A stretch of DNA of 60,445 bases, counting the filler, from Hausera hauseri (Eukaryota), in assembly GCA_046269625.1 (NCBI GenBank). It is 12 parts of 12 records of this genome, joined end to end, with 100 filler letters (N's around TTAATTAATTAA, not from the genome) between each part and the next. Parts side by side here need not be neighbours in the genome. Positions count along the whole stretch, not along the records: positions 48,918 to 56,071 come from JBJURY010034891.1; positions 56,172 to 60,445 come from JBJURY010663663.1; 10 more parts are not named here. One strand, given 5' to 3'. Below the pieces are notes generated by a model, which was not told the origin of the DNA, made no database searches, and worked only from the letters and a program-made list of their open reading frames with translations. Position numbers and translations under genes: made by a program. Positions 48,918-60,445 of the stretch are shown piece by piece. How positions within the stretch are numbered: position 1 is the stretch's first letter; each line of letters opens with the position of its first letter.

Positions 48918-49951
48918 TAGTTCTCCTGATTTCTGTATCCATTTTGCAGTTATTCATTATTATTTTATGATATAATTCCGTTATTCCGACTTGTTTTTTA
49001 TAGTAGAAGTAATCGTCTCTATTTTTCAGGTAGTCCTCAATCCGAACATCTTGCGTTTCCAATTTGTAGGTCCTCGCGTTTATCTCCGTTTCGGCTACAA
49101 AGAAGGCTTTATAGTTCGTGGCCAACATTACTACATCGCTGCGAGTTATCTCTTTTTTTATAAATTTTAATCCATGCGGATCTGAGATTAATATAGTCGG
49201 TGTAGGGTGTTCCGATACATCTTCGCTTGTTCTCTAATTAGTCTCCGATTTGTCTATATATCGTTTTCCGGTAGTTTCATTAAACTTTAACTCTTTAATT
49301 TTGATAAAGTTACGCTTCTTCCAGAGGGAGGTTCCCATATTATAACCGAACTTCTAAAAGCACAAGTTCCGTCTTGTAAATGGCATTTCTGATTCACAGT
49401 GTATAACTTAGTGACACTATGGAACATTACCTTTTGTGACCGCATTTTCGATTCGTAGAAATCCACAACTACCACGTTTGGTTCTAATCCTTTTCCAGTA
49501 TCGTATTCTGCTCCACTACAATGTCCGCTATGCATATCCAGCCTTCAAGCTACTACTTTGTATGCTATGATGATCTTTCCTGGTTGCATTTCTAGTTGCA
49601 TACTGTCCCATTTTCTTTAGCTTGTTTGCAATATTGGCGTTCTGAATTCATTGGAATTAGCGGAGTAGTTGGCTTAATTAGGGAGGAATGTCCGTGTATT
49701 AGGCCACAGTGGAAGATACTACGGGATCGTCTCAACATGCACTCCATTCCGTCTAACGATATCAATTCTTGTTGTTGATACAGGAAATAACTTTTCTCTC
49801 TCGTTTCCAATTTGTGCGGTCTGGCGTCCTCGCATACTTCCAGGTCCATTAAGGAATATCTCTGTCCTAGTTTAAACTTATCGCAATCATAGACGGTTGC
49901 CGCACTTATATGCTTTATTAGCATCATTAAGGTAAGTAAGCTAATTAGCCA
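48918..49951 (-). pseudogene. env: Chuvirus-like envelope glycoprotein N-half with internal signal peptide (cut by spacer)
   Basis: WLISLLTLMMLIKHISA|ATVYDC..YSLMDLEVC..YQQ..EC..FHCG..HSSLIKPTTP; GHCSG..Y; CHLQDGTC..IIW; LYHKIIMNNCK. Confidence 0.85.
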
Positions 49952-52900
49952 ATTTGATTCATTTTTCCGACCTCCAACGTCTAACGTCGTCAAGCTACGT
50001 AACATATAGTCGAGTTTATTGTTGTTTCGTTTGTCTTCTTCCTTGTCAAATAGTCTCGCCCAATTTACTTTGCAAGGCATTCTTCTTGCTGCTCTCCGTG
50101 CTAAGCTTATAGCCCGATTGATTTCATTCTCTCGATTAGGATTTATTTTGATGACTAAGTATAGCAATACTTTTCTCAATTCTTCATTCGTGTTTTCTAC
50201 CATGGTTTTTCGATTACCGATTCATCAGTTAAATTACTTTTCGATAGTTTTAAACGCGAACTTCGCATCATTTTGGCTGCATCGAAAATTATCTTTTCTT
50301 TATCATCTAACACATCCCCTTGAAAACTAGAATAATTCACAATTCATATTAAGTTTTTTATTAACTCGCCTAATTCCTCGTTATCTGGGCTAAGAGTCGG
50401 AATCGACATTTGTCTCAATTCTCTAATTAATTCTCCGTTATAATCCACTTCACCTCCCACTTTTCTAAGTCTGCCTACTGGGCGTTTCGGTCTTGGACCT
50501 TTAGTGGTTGTTTCACTCAGTGGTACTAAATTTATGTCGTATTGTTCTTTATCTTCGTCCGTTTGCAAACACTCAAAATATAGTGCAGCATCTCGAACTC
50601 CCATAATTTGTCCTACTCATTGTTCTGTTTTGGCTTTACGTGTAGCTTCTTCTTTTGACTGTTCGTTAGTTATTACTACTACTATCCGATTTATTTCGTC
50701 GGGAATAATCCCGACATCTATTAGTTGTTTTAAGTCATCGAGTATTCTACCTCTAAAATAAAATCTGTAGTTTAACTCGTTCATTTCACCATTGTTTATT
50801 AGCCATTCTCTTATATCCTTTACGTAGGAATGTGTAGTCAGCTCGCATTCTTTTTCGTTCATCCATTTGGATGACAACATCACTTTCATCGCTATCTCAG
50901 GTTTATTCCTTAAAATTTTAGCATACTTCCTTATCGAAAGCTTCGGCACCGTGCTATAAATCGTGTTTTCACTGGACAATTTAGTTAAAGTTGGAATAAG
51001 TTGTCTTAATTCGTTTTCAGTAATATTTACATCAATTAATTCAATCAAATCCCTTTCAGTTAGCCCTGAATCTAATAGTATTTCCACATTGAATCTACTG
51101 GTTTTTGGACATGTTTCTATTTCGCTTAGCTGTACTGGAGTCATAAGCTTTCCAGCAAGTATTTCGTCAAAGTATGCATCCCATTCTGGCTCGTTACTGA
51201 CCTCGGGAAGTCCAGTGTCTATTTCACTTGTTTTTCTCTTTGTACAATTTCTCTAATTTCTTTCAATCTTCGTGGTATTTCCTTCATCTGCGTAGTCTGA
51301 AAACCTACTCCATTTCCACAGGCATACTGAATCATTTTCAGTAATTTGCCCAATTTGTTCGGGCCAACCAGCCCTTTGTGATGATAATCTGTCAATTCAA
51401 GAATTACATCTTTTTGCCATCTTTGAACAAATTCTCGTTTATTCTTAATCTCTGATTCGGTGAAAGCATATTTGTTTCTATAGACTTCAAGCTCTTTTTT
51501 TATTTCATCTAACCTTGTCGCTCTTCGTTTCGTTTTGATACATGTTTCTTCTACTTTCTGTATCTTGGGCATCAGTTGCTTCATTTGCTCATTACTGATT
51601 TCTGCCATTTCCACTAATAAATAGCTCATTTATAACCTTTGAATCAGGGTCTATCGCATCGGACAATTTCTTTATAAACTTGTGTTCCTGAAAGCTAAAA
51701 TGTGCGTCATTTCCGATTTTTATCAACTTGGTATGGAAATTCTGGTCTGATCCGGCCATCCATTCTTGAGATTTGTGTATAAACCTTATTGCATTTGTTA
51801 ACGTATCCCAATATTCTGGACAAATATCCAAGATTCCAATATCTGGTACAGAAATTTTGTCGATTGGTTTCCCGGTTAAATATTGAATCCCTTCTAGTCG
51901 GACATTCCTTAACTTGTAATTTACATCGTAAATCACATTTTCATTCTCCGTAAAATTTGTCTCTTCGATCAATTTGTAGATTTCCTCCATCATCGACGCT
52001 TCTTCTTCCTTTTTTAAAAATTTTAGTCGTCGTAGCGCTTCAAATTGAGTACGGGTGTCTATGTCTATCCGTAACGTGGCTAAATTGTGTGCACTTTCCT
52101 CTAGTTGCTTCTTCACCGTTGGCTCGCTTTGCGGAAATTTTGTTTTACGATCTTCTACCAATTTGGTTAGTTGCGTTACTAATTCGGACCACTCGGACAG
52201 TTAATTTGCGATTACAGGTTTCGCCATTATGGCTTTATCTAGCATCTTACAGGCTTCTTCTAACTCATCGTCTGGTCCTTTTAGGAAATTCATAACTCGA
52301 CCGACATAACTAAACTCGTCCTTGTACTCGTCCAATTCTACGATACAAGTCTTTACTGTATATTGAGTATCCTCGTTGTTTTGGAACATAATTCTATTCA
52401 TCAAATTATAAATCTGTGCTCGTATTTTATTTTCTATTTTTACACGATCCTCTAAATTCGTATACCGTCTAGGTACAGCGAACGTGAGTTTAATCATCTC
52501 CATTAAGGGAGAAATATCTACTATGTATATACCCAATATTTCTAAGTCGATATTACTTCGATTACTGACCGGTTTTTCTCTCAGCCGGTAAGTCATTACA
52601 AGGCGAATTTTACCCATCATACGTTCTAAATTGCGAGCTGCTCGTTTTAATTTTGGGTTTACTTCTAAGGTGGACAGTAATGTCTGAGCTTTAGTGACTT
52701 TTATGTCGACTATATCTTTGTTTTTATTTCATCCTTCTGAAATTTCTACTCCGCTTTTAATCCATGATTCTAATTCCCGCTTCCATTTTAACAACATTTC
52801 GGTTGATACCTCTTCGGGTTGTTCCAAGTCAATTGCTTCTGCGAACTTTCCTTCGCTATTCAGTTTTAAATTTTTATATAACTTCTCAGCGAATTGTTGT

Positions 52901-53680
52901 TCTTTTCCATATATGTCTACTTGTTCGCTAATTTGTTTAAGCCTTTCTAGGTCAGATTGTAGTATTCCTGACTCATAACGTTTGTTTTTCAATTTTCTTA
53001 ATTCATTGGCGTTTTTCCATGAATGCCGGACTTTCCACTTCTTGGAATCGAAATCATCCGTATTCGTTGTTTCTTCCTCACTAATAGGAAGTGGGCAGAT
53101 CACGTTAATTTCTTTAGTTGACTCTACAGACTCTGCTACTCCGACAGGTGTGTGTAAACCAATTTCTGGTGTATCCAAACTATGTTCCGTGTTGCCTCCT
53201 ACAACGGCGTTCGGGTTTTCCGTTTCTTCAGTTTTCTCTCTGGTTATTTTAGAGCGTGAAAGGCTTTTACGTTTTGTTTTTAATGAAAAACTAAGGCCTC
53301 TATTTTTTTTCCTTTTCAATNNNNNNNNNNAAGTTAACTGCCGTCGATGTGCCTGGTTTAGCAGATGGCTTATTGCTTGTCGTAACACTCTTCTTCCGTG
53401 TTATATCAATTCGTTTTGGTGCTATCGTGTGTTCGTATTCAGTTTCCAGTTCTGTTAAGCCATTGTATACTTCTAATAATCTCAATTTATCTCCGTATTC
53501 TCTTCTAGACATTAGAATTTGTAAGTTAGTAGTGTCCGGCTAAGCGCCTAAGAATTTTCTCAAATCCTGTATATCGATGACAGTGCCTGTATCCCCAAGA
53601 ACGCCATACTTTGCTTCTAGCTTCTCATTGATTCTAATCATACTAGTCATATTTGACTCAGTAAATAAGACGCTACGTGG
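49952..53680 (-). pseudogene. ~3.7 kb interrupted coding tract between gag and env: unknown charged/helical domains plus a ubiquitin-like domain (~50670..50895)
   Basis: Chain of same-strand ORFs (219, 139, 189, 136, 175, 86 aa); IAMKVML..YVKDIREWL..YRFYFRGRILDDLKQLIDVGI..IVVVI fits a beta-grasp pattern; no RT, RNase H or integrase motifs. Confidence 0.7.
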
Positions 53681-54727
53681 GTTTGGACATGACCTTGAAA
53701 TATGTCCTTCTTTGCCACAAGTAAAACAAACTATATTTCCATTTCTGCCGACTCTCTATCGACCGTCTTTGTTTACTGGTGACTTAGATCTATTTATACT
53801 CTTACTATACTGATTTGGCAAACTTTGCACATTGTCGGAATTTTGTCTATTATAGTTATTTTGGTTATCACCGTTTTGGTTTGCGTAGTTTGAGCCTTTA
53901 AAATTTCCTCTATTTCTATCCCAGTTAGAGTCTGATCTGTTCGTATTTGTATAATTCCTACCTCTTCCATTTCTGGAACCGCCATTATTATTTCTATTCC
54001 TATCATTTCTGTTACCTGTAAATCGTCTGTCGTCTCTTCCACTATTATCATTGCGATTTCTATCGTTCCGGTCATTTCGATCATTATTCTTGTTATTTCT
54101 CTCGTTATGTCTAGCGTATCTATCTAGCGTCATTTCTAAGTCTTGAGCTAATCGCAACGTTCCTTCAAAAATCTCAGGTCTAGCTAAAATCAATTGTTTA
54201 ACTAAGTCTCGCGACCAAATACCATTTATTAGTTGCGTCGTTATTATAACATCTAAATCTGGTGGTGAGGCCTTCTCTGCGGCGTCACGTTCCGCGTCTG
54301 TCTTAGCTTTAGCTACGTTGGCTATCCTTAATGTGCTAATATAACTATTAGCAAGCTTCTTCAGCGCAAATGCGAACTGAGTTACTGATTCACCCTTTTG
54401 CTGTACTCTGTTCTGAAATGCCATAAGCTTTTGATGCGGCGTTACTGTCGACAACAGTTTGCGACTTAATGCTCCTACTAGGGAGGATTAAGATTTCTTC
54501 TCTCCGTTAGTGAGTTCACTATAGGCATCAGCGGCTAGATTTTTCAGATACAACGACAATCGCTTAATCATCACTTCAGGAGTCAGACTAGCACCTTCTG
54601 CGTGCAATTTATAAGTTCTAAAAAATTCGTTAAGCCCGTCCGGGTCTCCGTCATATGCCGGCATGTTTAGGGAATAGAACGTTAAGATGTCCAGCTTCTG
54701 CGCTACTGGTGAATTATCTGCTGCCAT
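53680..54727 (-). pseudogene. gag: Ty3/gypsy-type gag with Asn/Arg-rich tract and CCHC knuckle (53687..53728)
   Basis: MPAYDGDP..FF..Y..LYLKNLAADAY; RVQQKGESVTQFA..L..L; QLINGI; CFTCGKEGHISRSC. Confidence 0.9.
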
Positions 54728-55104
54728 ATTATTTACGTTATTTAACTCTAAATTTGCTTTATTTACTTTAGGTTTCTCGAGTTGAATTTTAAACTGTTTA
54801 TTTTGTGCAACGACGTCTAGTTTAATTCTATTTCCGGAATTTGAACGTTTATCTACTTTTTCTGTTTCTCTATATATGTTTCGACGTGTCTCACGTATAG
54901 GTAAATTAATTTTTAATATACAATTTACTTTCAACTTATCAATGTTTGTTCTCAAACGGTTTTTAAGTTATTTATCCACGTCAATAACCTTATATCCCAA
55001 ATCGATTTTAGTTTCCAAATATCCGATTAATTGATGTGAATGGCGCTGTTTGCCGATATGTAATTAATTAACTCTGAGAAAGTAAGGCTAGCAAGGTACA
55101 TACT

Positions 55105-55122
55105 GTCCTGCTTGGGTCGCCA
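55105..55122 (-). promoter_or_regulatory. PBS (tRNA-Arg-like)
   Basis: TGGCGACCCAAGCAGGAC two nt after the LTR end TAACA. Confidence 0.8.
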
Positions 55123-55124
55123 AA

Positions 55125-55784
55125 TGTTATATATTGGGGTGGCCCTTAAGTTTTACTTGAAATTTATTTGCTATGCAATTCGATCTACCGTTATCGCTTA
55201 GATAGAATGTACCTTAACGATTTTAAAATCAATGTGCGGTTATATGCGTGCGGTCCTGTGCCAACGGTTTTAAAATCTCTCTTTTAACTATATAATTTAA
55301 ATAGAACGTTAACCTTATTGTTGTCTAATCAACCTTAAGGGGCGATGGAAATTATCAGGAGATTTTAGAAAATAAAATCACGAAATACCTTTAATTCTTA
55401 CTATACGACACAGAAATCGATATCAGTTCAGAAAGTATGATCAACGATTAGTCAATAGTCAATTCAATTTGATCAGTGATCTTGCTGCTTCTCCAACAAA
55501 ATTTCTCATTTCTCACTTTCTTGCTTTACTTTATATAGCTTACGTCCCATAATTTATTTATTTCACAATTGATTTATATTCAATTCTTCCAGAATACTTT
55601 TCTAATAAAACTCAATTCTACGCATTAATAATTAAATTTTTTACTACTACTACATTGTGGCTTCCTTCCGATTTCAATAGACGGTATAAATAATAAATGA
55701 TAATACTAATTAAATATTTACATATGCACATCTAGTGTTGTCTCCGTTATGTCATTTTTTATATTATTGCCTCTGTTTGCAACA
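55125..55784 (-). mobile_element. LTR (660 bp) flanked by a PPT on one side and a PBS on the other
   Basis: TGTTG...TAACA on the minus strand; PPT agggaggaaaaa at 55785-55796. Confidence 0.85.
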
Positions 55785-56071
55785 TTTTTCCTCCCTGAGC
55801 GGCATCCTCGGATGTGCCCATTGCGTCAGGAGAGGTGCCGTGAGAACAAGGAGAACGCAAAATTTTTATGCGTCTTCTCAGACTGAGTCCATAACTGGCA
55901 CTAGGTTGGCTTTCTCTGGGATTCGTGTCCAATTCATAACTGTGGTAGGGTTTAATTCTAACTATTCTGGTATAGCTACCGTTTGAGTAGTACTTTAGGT
56001 CGGCAGCTTTAGCTCGGCACACTGGACATGTGGTCTTTGCACTATCCAACGTCCATTTCTCTAGGCAGTCT
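55759..56071 (-). CDS. C-terminal half of a RING finger ORF running through the PPT into the LTR
   Basis: DCLEKWTLDSAKTTCPVCRAKAADLKYYSNG matches CLETWT..GKTTCPVCRTEATRLRYYANG near 8960..9050. Confidence 0.8.
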
Positions 56072-56690
56072 NNNNNNNNNNNNNNNNNNNNNNNNNNNNN
56101 NNNNNNNNNNNNNNNTTAATTAATTAANNNNNNNNNNNNNNNNNNNNNNNNNNNNNNNNNNNNNNNNNNNNGTGATTTGGCGTTGAGTAACGATATCCGA
56201 GATACATCGTCGATTTTTCTCAAAGGAAATATGGCGAAAATTGTCAGTTCACATAGTGGCGAAACAGCAGCAGCAGCAAAAGTAGTTTTGCCACCGGAAG
56301 GGGTTAAAAGACACTAAAGCTCAAAGGATTCAAGGAAAGGAGCGGCGTCAAATCCACAATATGGAAAATGGGGAAGTTTACTATAATTTAACTGACTTAC
56401 TGTGTATTTTTGTGATTTTAGTTTTTCTCCGATCAATGAATACATGTATTCGAGTTACATATTTTGTTATCTCGTTCAAGGTTATTGTTTTACTTTTACT
56501 TCTATTTTACTTAATAATAATAGTCTAAGTAAGTAACCGAAAACAAAACACAAGAGACACCGTAAAAAATATGTTATTGAAATATAAAAAACAATATGCA
56601 TCGGATAATTGACAATGATTGTCACAATAACTAAACTGAACTGAACTGATTTGTCTGAACCGACAGAGCACCGATTGTTTAGAAGTGCGT

Positions 56691-59600
56691 TTATTTCAGC
56701 CGCCAGTGTCCATACGCCCAACTCTTATTTCGCCCCACCCAATTTGGTTTATCATCGTTACATGAAAAAGCGACTTTCGCATTAGTTATTGTGTACAGCT
56801 AGTGCTCAATTGATCGGATGATCGTTTGAGACACCTCAGCCGCTGATTGTCCTCCTTCTTCTGCTACTGCTTCTTCATGTATGTAGCGATAATCACCGTG
56901 GTCAATTTCCGGATGTTTCATCTGGATTCCTTTTTCCCGAATTTTCGGTCCACAGTCCGTCAGAATAATGTAGCACTTTAAGCGTAGGAATATCCATTCC
57001 CGATAATAAACCCTGCCTTCACTTTCATCCTTGAAGCAGCCGATTTCGTTGGTGATCGCACTGCTGTAAAACGGATGATCCGGTGGATAGTTGGACGTGT
57101 CCAGTAATCCGTCTGACTGCATTTTCTGCAGTAGCTTTTCGCGAATGATTTTTCCAGCCGTAGAAAAAAACGATCTGTATCACCAGCAATTATACTAATG
57201 TCACAGCCGTCAAACATTTTCCGGTAACGCGCCAAATCGCGATACTGTAGCTCATACATCCTCAACTTGCTCAGGTCAAATACCACTTCTCTGATATAAC
57301 TTGGCCGGTCCAAAACGATGTCTTCTCTGTTTAGCAACATCGCAGTCAATCCACCAACAATATGCATTGACCGCCGAAACTGTACCTTGCTCGTGTATGT
57401 AACCAACCGCTTTTTGCTATTGCATAGGCGTACATTGGGCCACTTTTCAGATTTTTCACTGTTTTTCCGTACTGGGAATTGCTTTTCAGCTTGAAGTAGT
57501 CCTTTTCGAACTTCGTACAAGCTGCGGCTCGTTTCTCCGAATTTCCATCTATGTACGCCTTGAATATAAGCGTCTGAGCAAATCGGATTGCACGATGCAG
57601 CTGTGTGATGCGTACACCGAGCTGCATGTAGAACTGTAGCAGATGCCAGTGGACCACATAATTCAGCTTCGGTTCATGCGTCATGAGCAGTTTCTTCGCT
57701 TTGAGCCTGGCGGATATTGGTTAAATGGTACGATTAGTAAATCGTCCAAAACGTCATGCAACTTATCTGATACTACGAAACCGACCTCCATCTGATATTC
57801 GAATGAGCCTGCCATGTCTGCTCGTTATAGGTTGACCACTAATTCGTCCAAATCTTGTCTGTCGACTACCCATTCGAATGAACCGTAAGGCAAGGGTTGT
57901 GGAAGCGCCCAGTGGTACAGGTTATTAATATCAATATACAACAGTGATGTGGTATCGGTAGCACTGATCTGATGCTTGTTGACAAATGTCATGCCACCGC
58001 TAATACCAACATCAAACAGCCGGTATATATTTGGGTCTTGCAGCAGCTCAATGTTCGATCCAGTGACACTAGAGCTGATGCCCAACTCACTCCCGGTATG
58101 GAATAAAAGTGGAGTGGTTCCAGCCTACCTTCAGACAATGCTTTCCCTCGAAACGCTTGGAACACATCAGCTAATAAGTACATGTCCAGTTTAAGATACT
58201 AAAGCATGTAATCCAACATTTTTCTACAGCCTAGTTCTGTGCAACACCACTGTGCTTTCCGGTATTCATCCTCTGCGATACTTATTCATCGTGGCGGTAA
58301 TTCCTCTGCTATCCGGAGATGCTCATACGATGTTGCAAAGTCATATGTGAATATGCCTCTGCTGTGTGCAATATGTGCGGGTAATTGCTTCAGTGCTATC
58401 GGCACATTTTTCAAGGCCAATGTGCCAATGATTCATTGAGAAATTGTAATGAATCGAGGAAGTGCACCTGGAACTGGTTTACACGAGCAGACAGTGACAG
58501 ATATTTCGCCATTGTAGCCTGAATTATAGATAGTTCCCAGTGCGGAAATTCATCTATTGCCCATTTCAAAATATGGTCACAATCATGACCCCTGAAGTTA
58601 TGAAATACCACCGGTAAAAATGGCCGCACACGCCTTGCCAAATTGCATGAATTACATGCTGCTCCGAGATATCGACCAGTAAAATGATCGTGATCCGGTA
58701 CCAGCCGTTTCAGTGCGTCAAACGGTAATATTTTGTGGCACAAGTAACATTCACCTGTGACTGCAAACGTCAGGCATTCATCTTCATCTGTCCACATCAT
58801 GGATTTATTAAAATTTTTACTGTACCAGGGTGCAATTTCAGTTTCCACTATTGTTTGCAACTGCTGCAAGAAATCGCGTATACAATTCCATCCGTGGAAA
58901 ACAATATGGAAGTTGACCTGCGGCTTTTATTGGGACAACCAACATACCGACGGCGATTGGAACATGTTTTTTGTAATATGTATGTTGTGCCGCGGTAATA
59001 TAGCTTCGATATCGGCATGTACGGAATGTCTATTTCTGACCAATCAGTGAACCTCAGTTCCTGTTTGACGGGCATGACATACATTGTGGTTCATGAAGAA
59101 TTTCGTCTGCACAGAGTCACATGTTTCTTCCATGTTGTTTTCGACCTGAATCCATGAAGACACACAGGACACCATTTACACTGTATCCGTTTTTGGAGGA
59201 AATAGTTCAGTAATCTGTCCAGATTTGTAATTGCAAAGTAATGGTACTTTTCTTTTTGTTCCAGTAGCAACAAATTTATTGAGTGGCCATTTTTGTTCCG
59301 AGTACGAAAGATTATATGCATATGAGGATTTTTGTAAATTTTTTCATCCGCTGGTATTTCTACGAATGTGTTGTACCGGAAAACGTTGATTGCCAGTGTC
59401 GGCTTATGCCGTTCAAAAGCAGGAATGGATTTCAGTTTCAGCGGCATCAAACTTTCATCGAAATCCAATTCGGAAAAATATTTCTGATACTGTTTTGGAC
59501 GACATGCACTATGTCTGCAAAATTTGTCATATTTCAATACCGTCAGAATACTGTAAAGGAAACAGTATTCATCGTTAGTATTTTTTACATTCACTACCAC

Positions 59601-60445
59601 CAGAGACTGCTTCAGAGCTGCGGGTGTCGGTATGAATGATCGGCCAAACAAATATATTGTCACTCGACTTTGTTATGATAAAGCCGAGGGTGACAATTCG
59701 TATAATGCGCCATCCACTACCCTTTTCCGTGTAGTTGGCGATTTTCTCCTCGAGATTTTCGCCTACGTCGGCAATAAAAACATTGGTATATGGTACAGCT
59801 CAATGTGATAGGTACCATTGTTTCCTGTCACCTTAAAAGTTTTCGAATTCTGCAAGTGCATGATATTGCACTTTGCAGTGTTGGTGTTAGAATTTCTCCA
59901 CTTCTGATTCCAACCGGTTGCGCATATTTTGAGGTACATGTGTCACTTGCGTTGTTGTTTTCGCCGATATATTCGCTTTTATATCCACGTACGATCTGCT
60001 CAGATTGTACTTGACATTAATGTCGAGTTCCTGTTGTATCTGTTCCTCTTACTGTTGAAGCTCCTGCTCATCCTCCTGTTGCTCTTCTTCTTGCAGCTCG
60101 GTACTGGTTCTGATGTATTTGTCCAGACCTGTTCATGCCTTACGTTTCCGACTGGTTTTTCGACCACCGCTGAAACTGGTTTAAGTGGTCCTGGTGCTCA
60201 CTGTAAAATTGTTCATAGTTGATTTCATCAACTATTGAACAACCAGGACAAATATAGGCCCGTTTACCGTGCACCCTTGTAGCGCCATAGTATTGCTCCA
60301 TGGCACTATGGCAACCATCAACGTCGTGCACTGTACTTGTACAGTACTGTGGACACATGGGGTAATGCATTAGCATCATCTTTGACCGTGTAAACGGTCC
60401 GAGATGATGCTTGTGCATCTCATAAAAATCTGGGTACTACATTGG
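56691..60445 (-). pseudogene. Polinton pPolB, degenerate, nearly full length
   Basis: VVNVKN..CFLYSIL, LAINVF, CYLC..DHDHFTGRYLGAACNSCNL, FHNFRGHD, YIDINNLY, GDTDR, FKDES, DDK..AYGHW. Confidence 0.94.

Noticed and set aside
51060-51095. EILLDSG as an aspartic protease motif
   Set aside because: Following sequence looks helical and aligns with the non-protease module at 13400 and 45600; no flap or ILG motif
53575-53620. VLGDTGTVIDI after the gag knuckle as a retropepsin active site
   Set aside because: Position is suggestive, but Gly precedes Asp and no downstream ILG-D motif is visible; at most a vestige, needs a profile search
4889-56171. Regularly spaced TTAATTAATTAA palindromes resembling a repeat array
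   Set aside because: Always embedded in 44N+44N; a synthetic contig-joining linker, so adjacency across it and ORFs containing X runs carry no meaning
58630-58755. Endonuclease VII-like insert within pPolB as a novelty
   Set aside because: Already an established feature of one Polinton polymerase group
1-60445. Prokaryotic defence system, CRISPR array, or the many short antisense ORFs
   Set aside because: No repeat-spacer array or operon structure; content is eukaryotic TE-derived, and antisense ORFs are shadows of the real frames

Overview
AT-rich eukaryotic (invertebrate-like) DNA, not one contiguous locus. It is 12 unrelated 4-7 kb contigs joined by artificial 100-nt spacers (44N-TTAATTAATTAA-44N), so gene order is only meaningful within a contig. 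Most of it is decayed mobile DNA: four Polinton/Maverick protein-primed DNA polymerase pseudogenes (one with adjacent adenain protease and capsid remnants), two Polinton-type AGTAGT/ACTACT termini, several Ty3/gypsy and BEL/Pao LTR elements, a LINE 3' end and tRNA-derived SINEs. Two intact, intronless tandem SLC36-type amino-acid transporter genes are the only clear host genes. The most striking signal is a group of unusual retrovirus-like LTR elements. One contig reads LTR-PBS-gag-long insert with a ubiquitin-like domain-chuvirus-like glycoprotein, with no RT in between. Another contig has the retropepsin DOWNSTREAM of a homologous glycoprotein (env between gag and pol). A RING finger sits just before the PPT/3' LTR in two copies. 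Ubiquitin-system modules recur in other LTR elements: a ubiquitin-LRGG fused to BEL/Pao gag, and a RING/Zn-finger cassette directly after a PBS. All family assignments rest on motif recognition by eye; no database searches were run.
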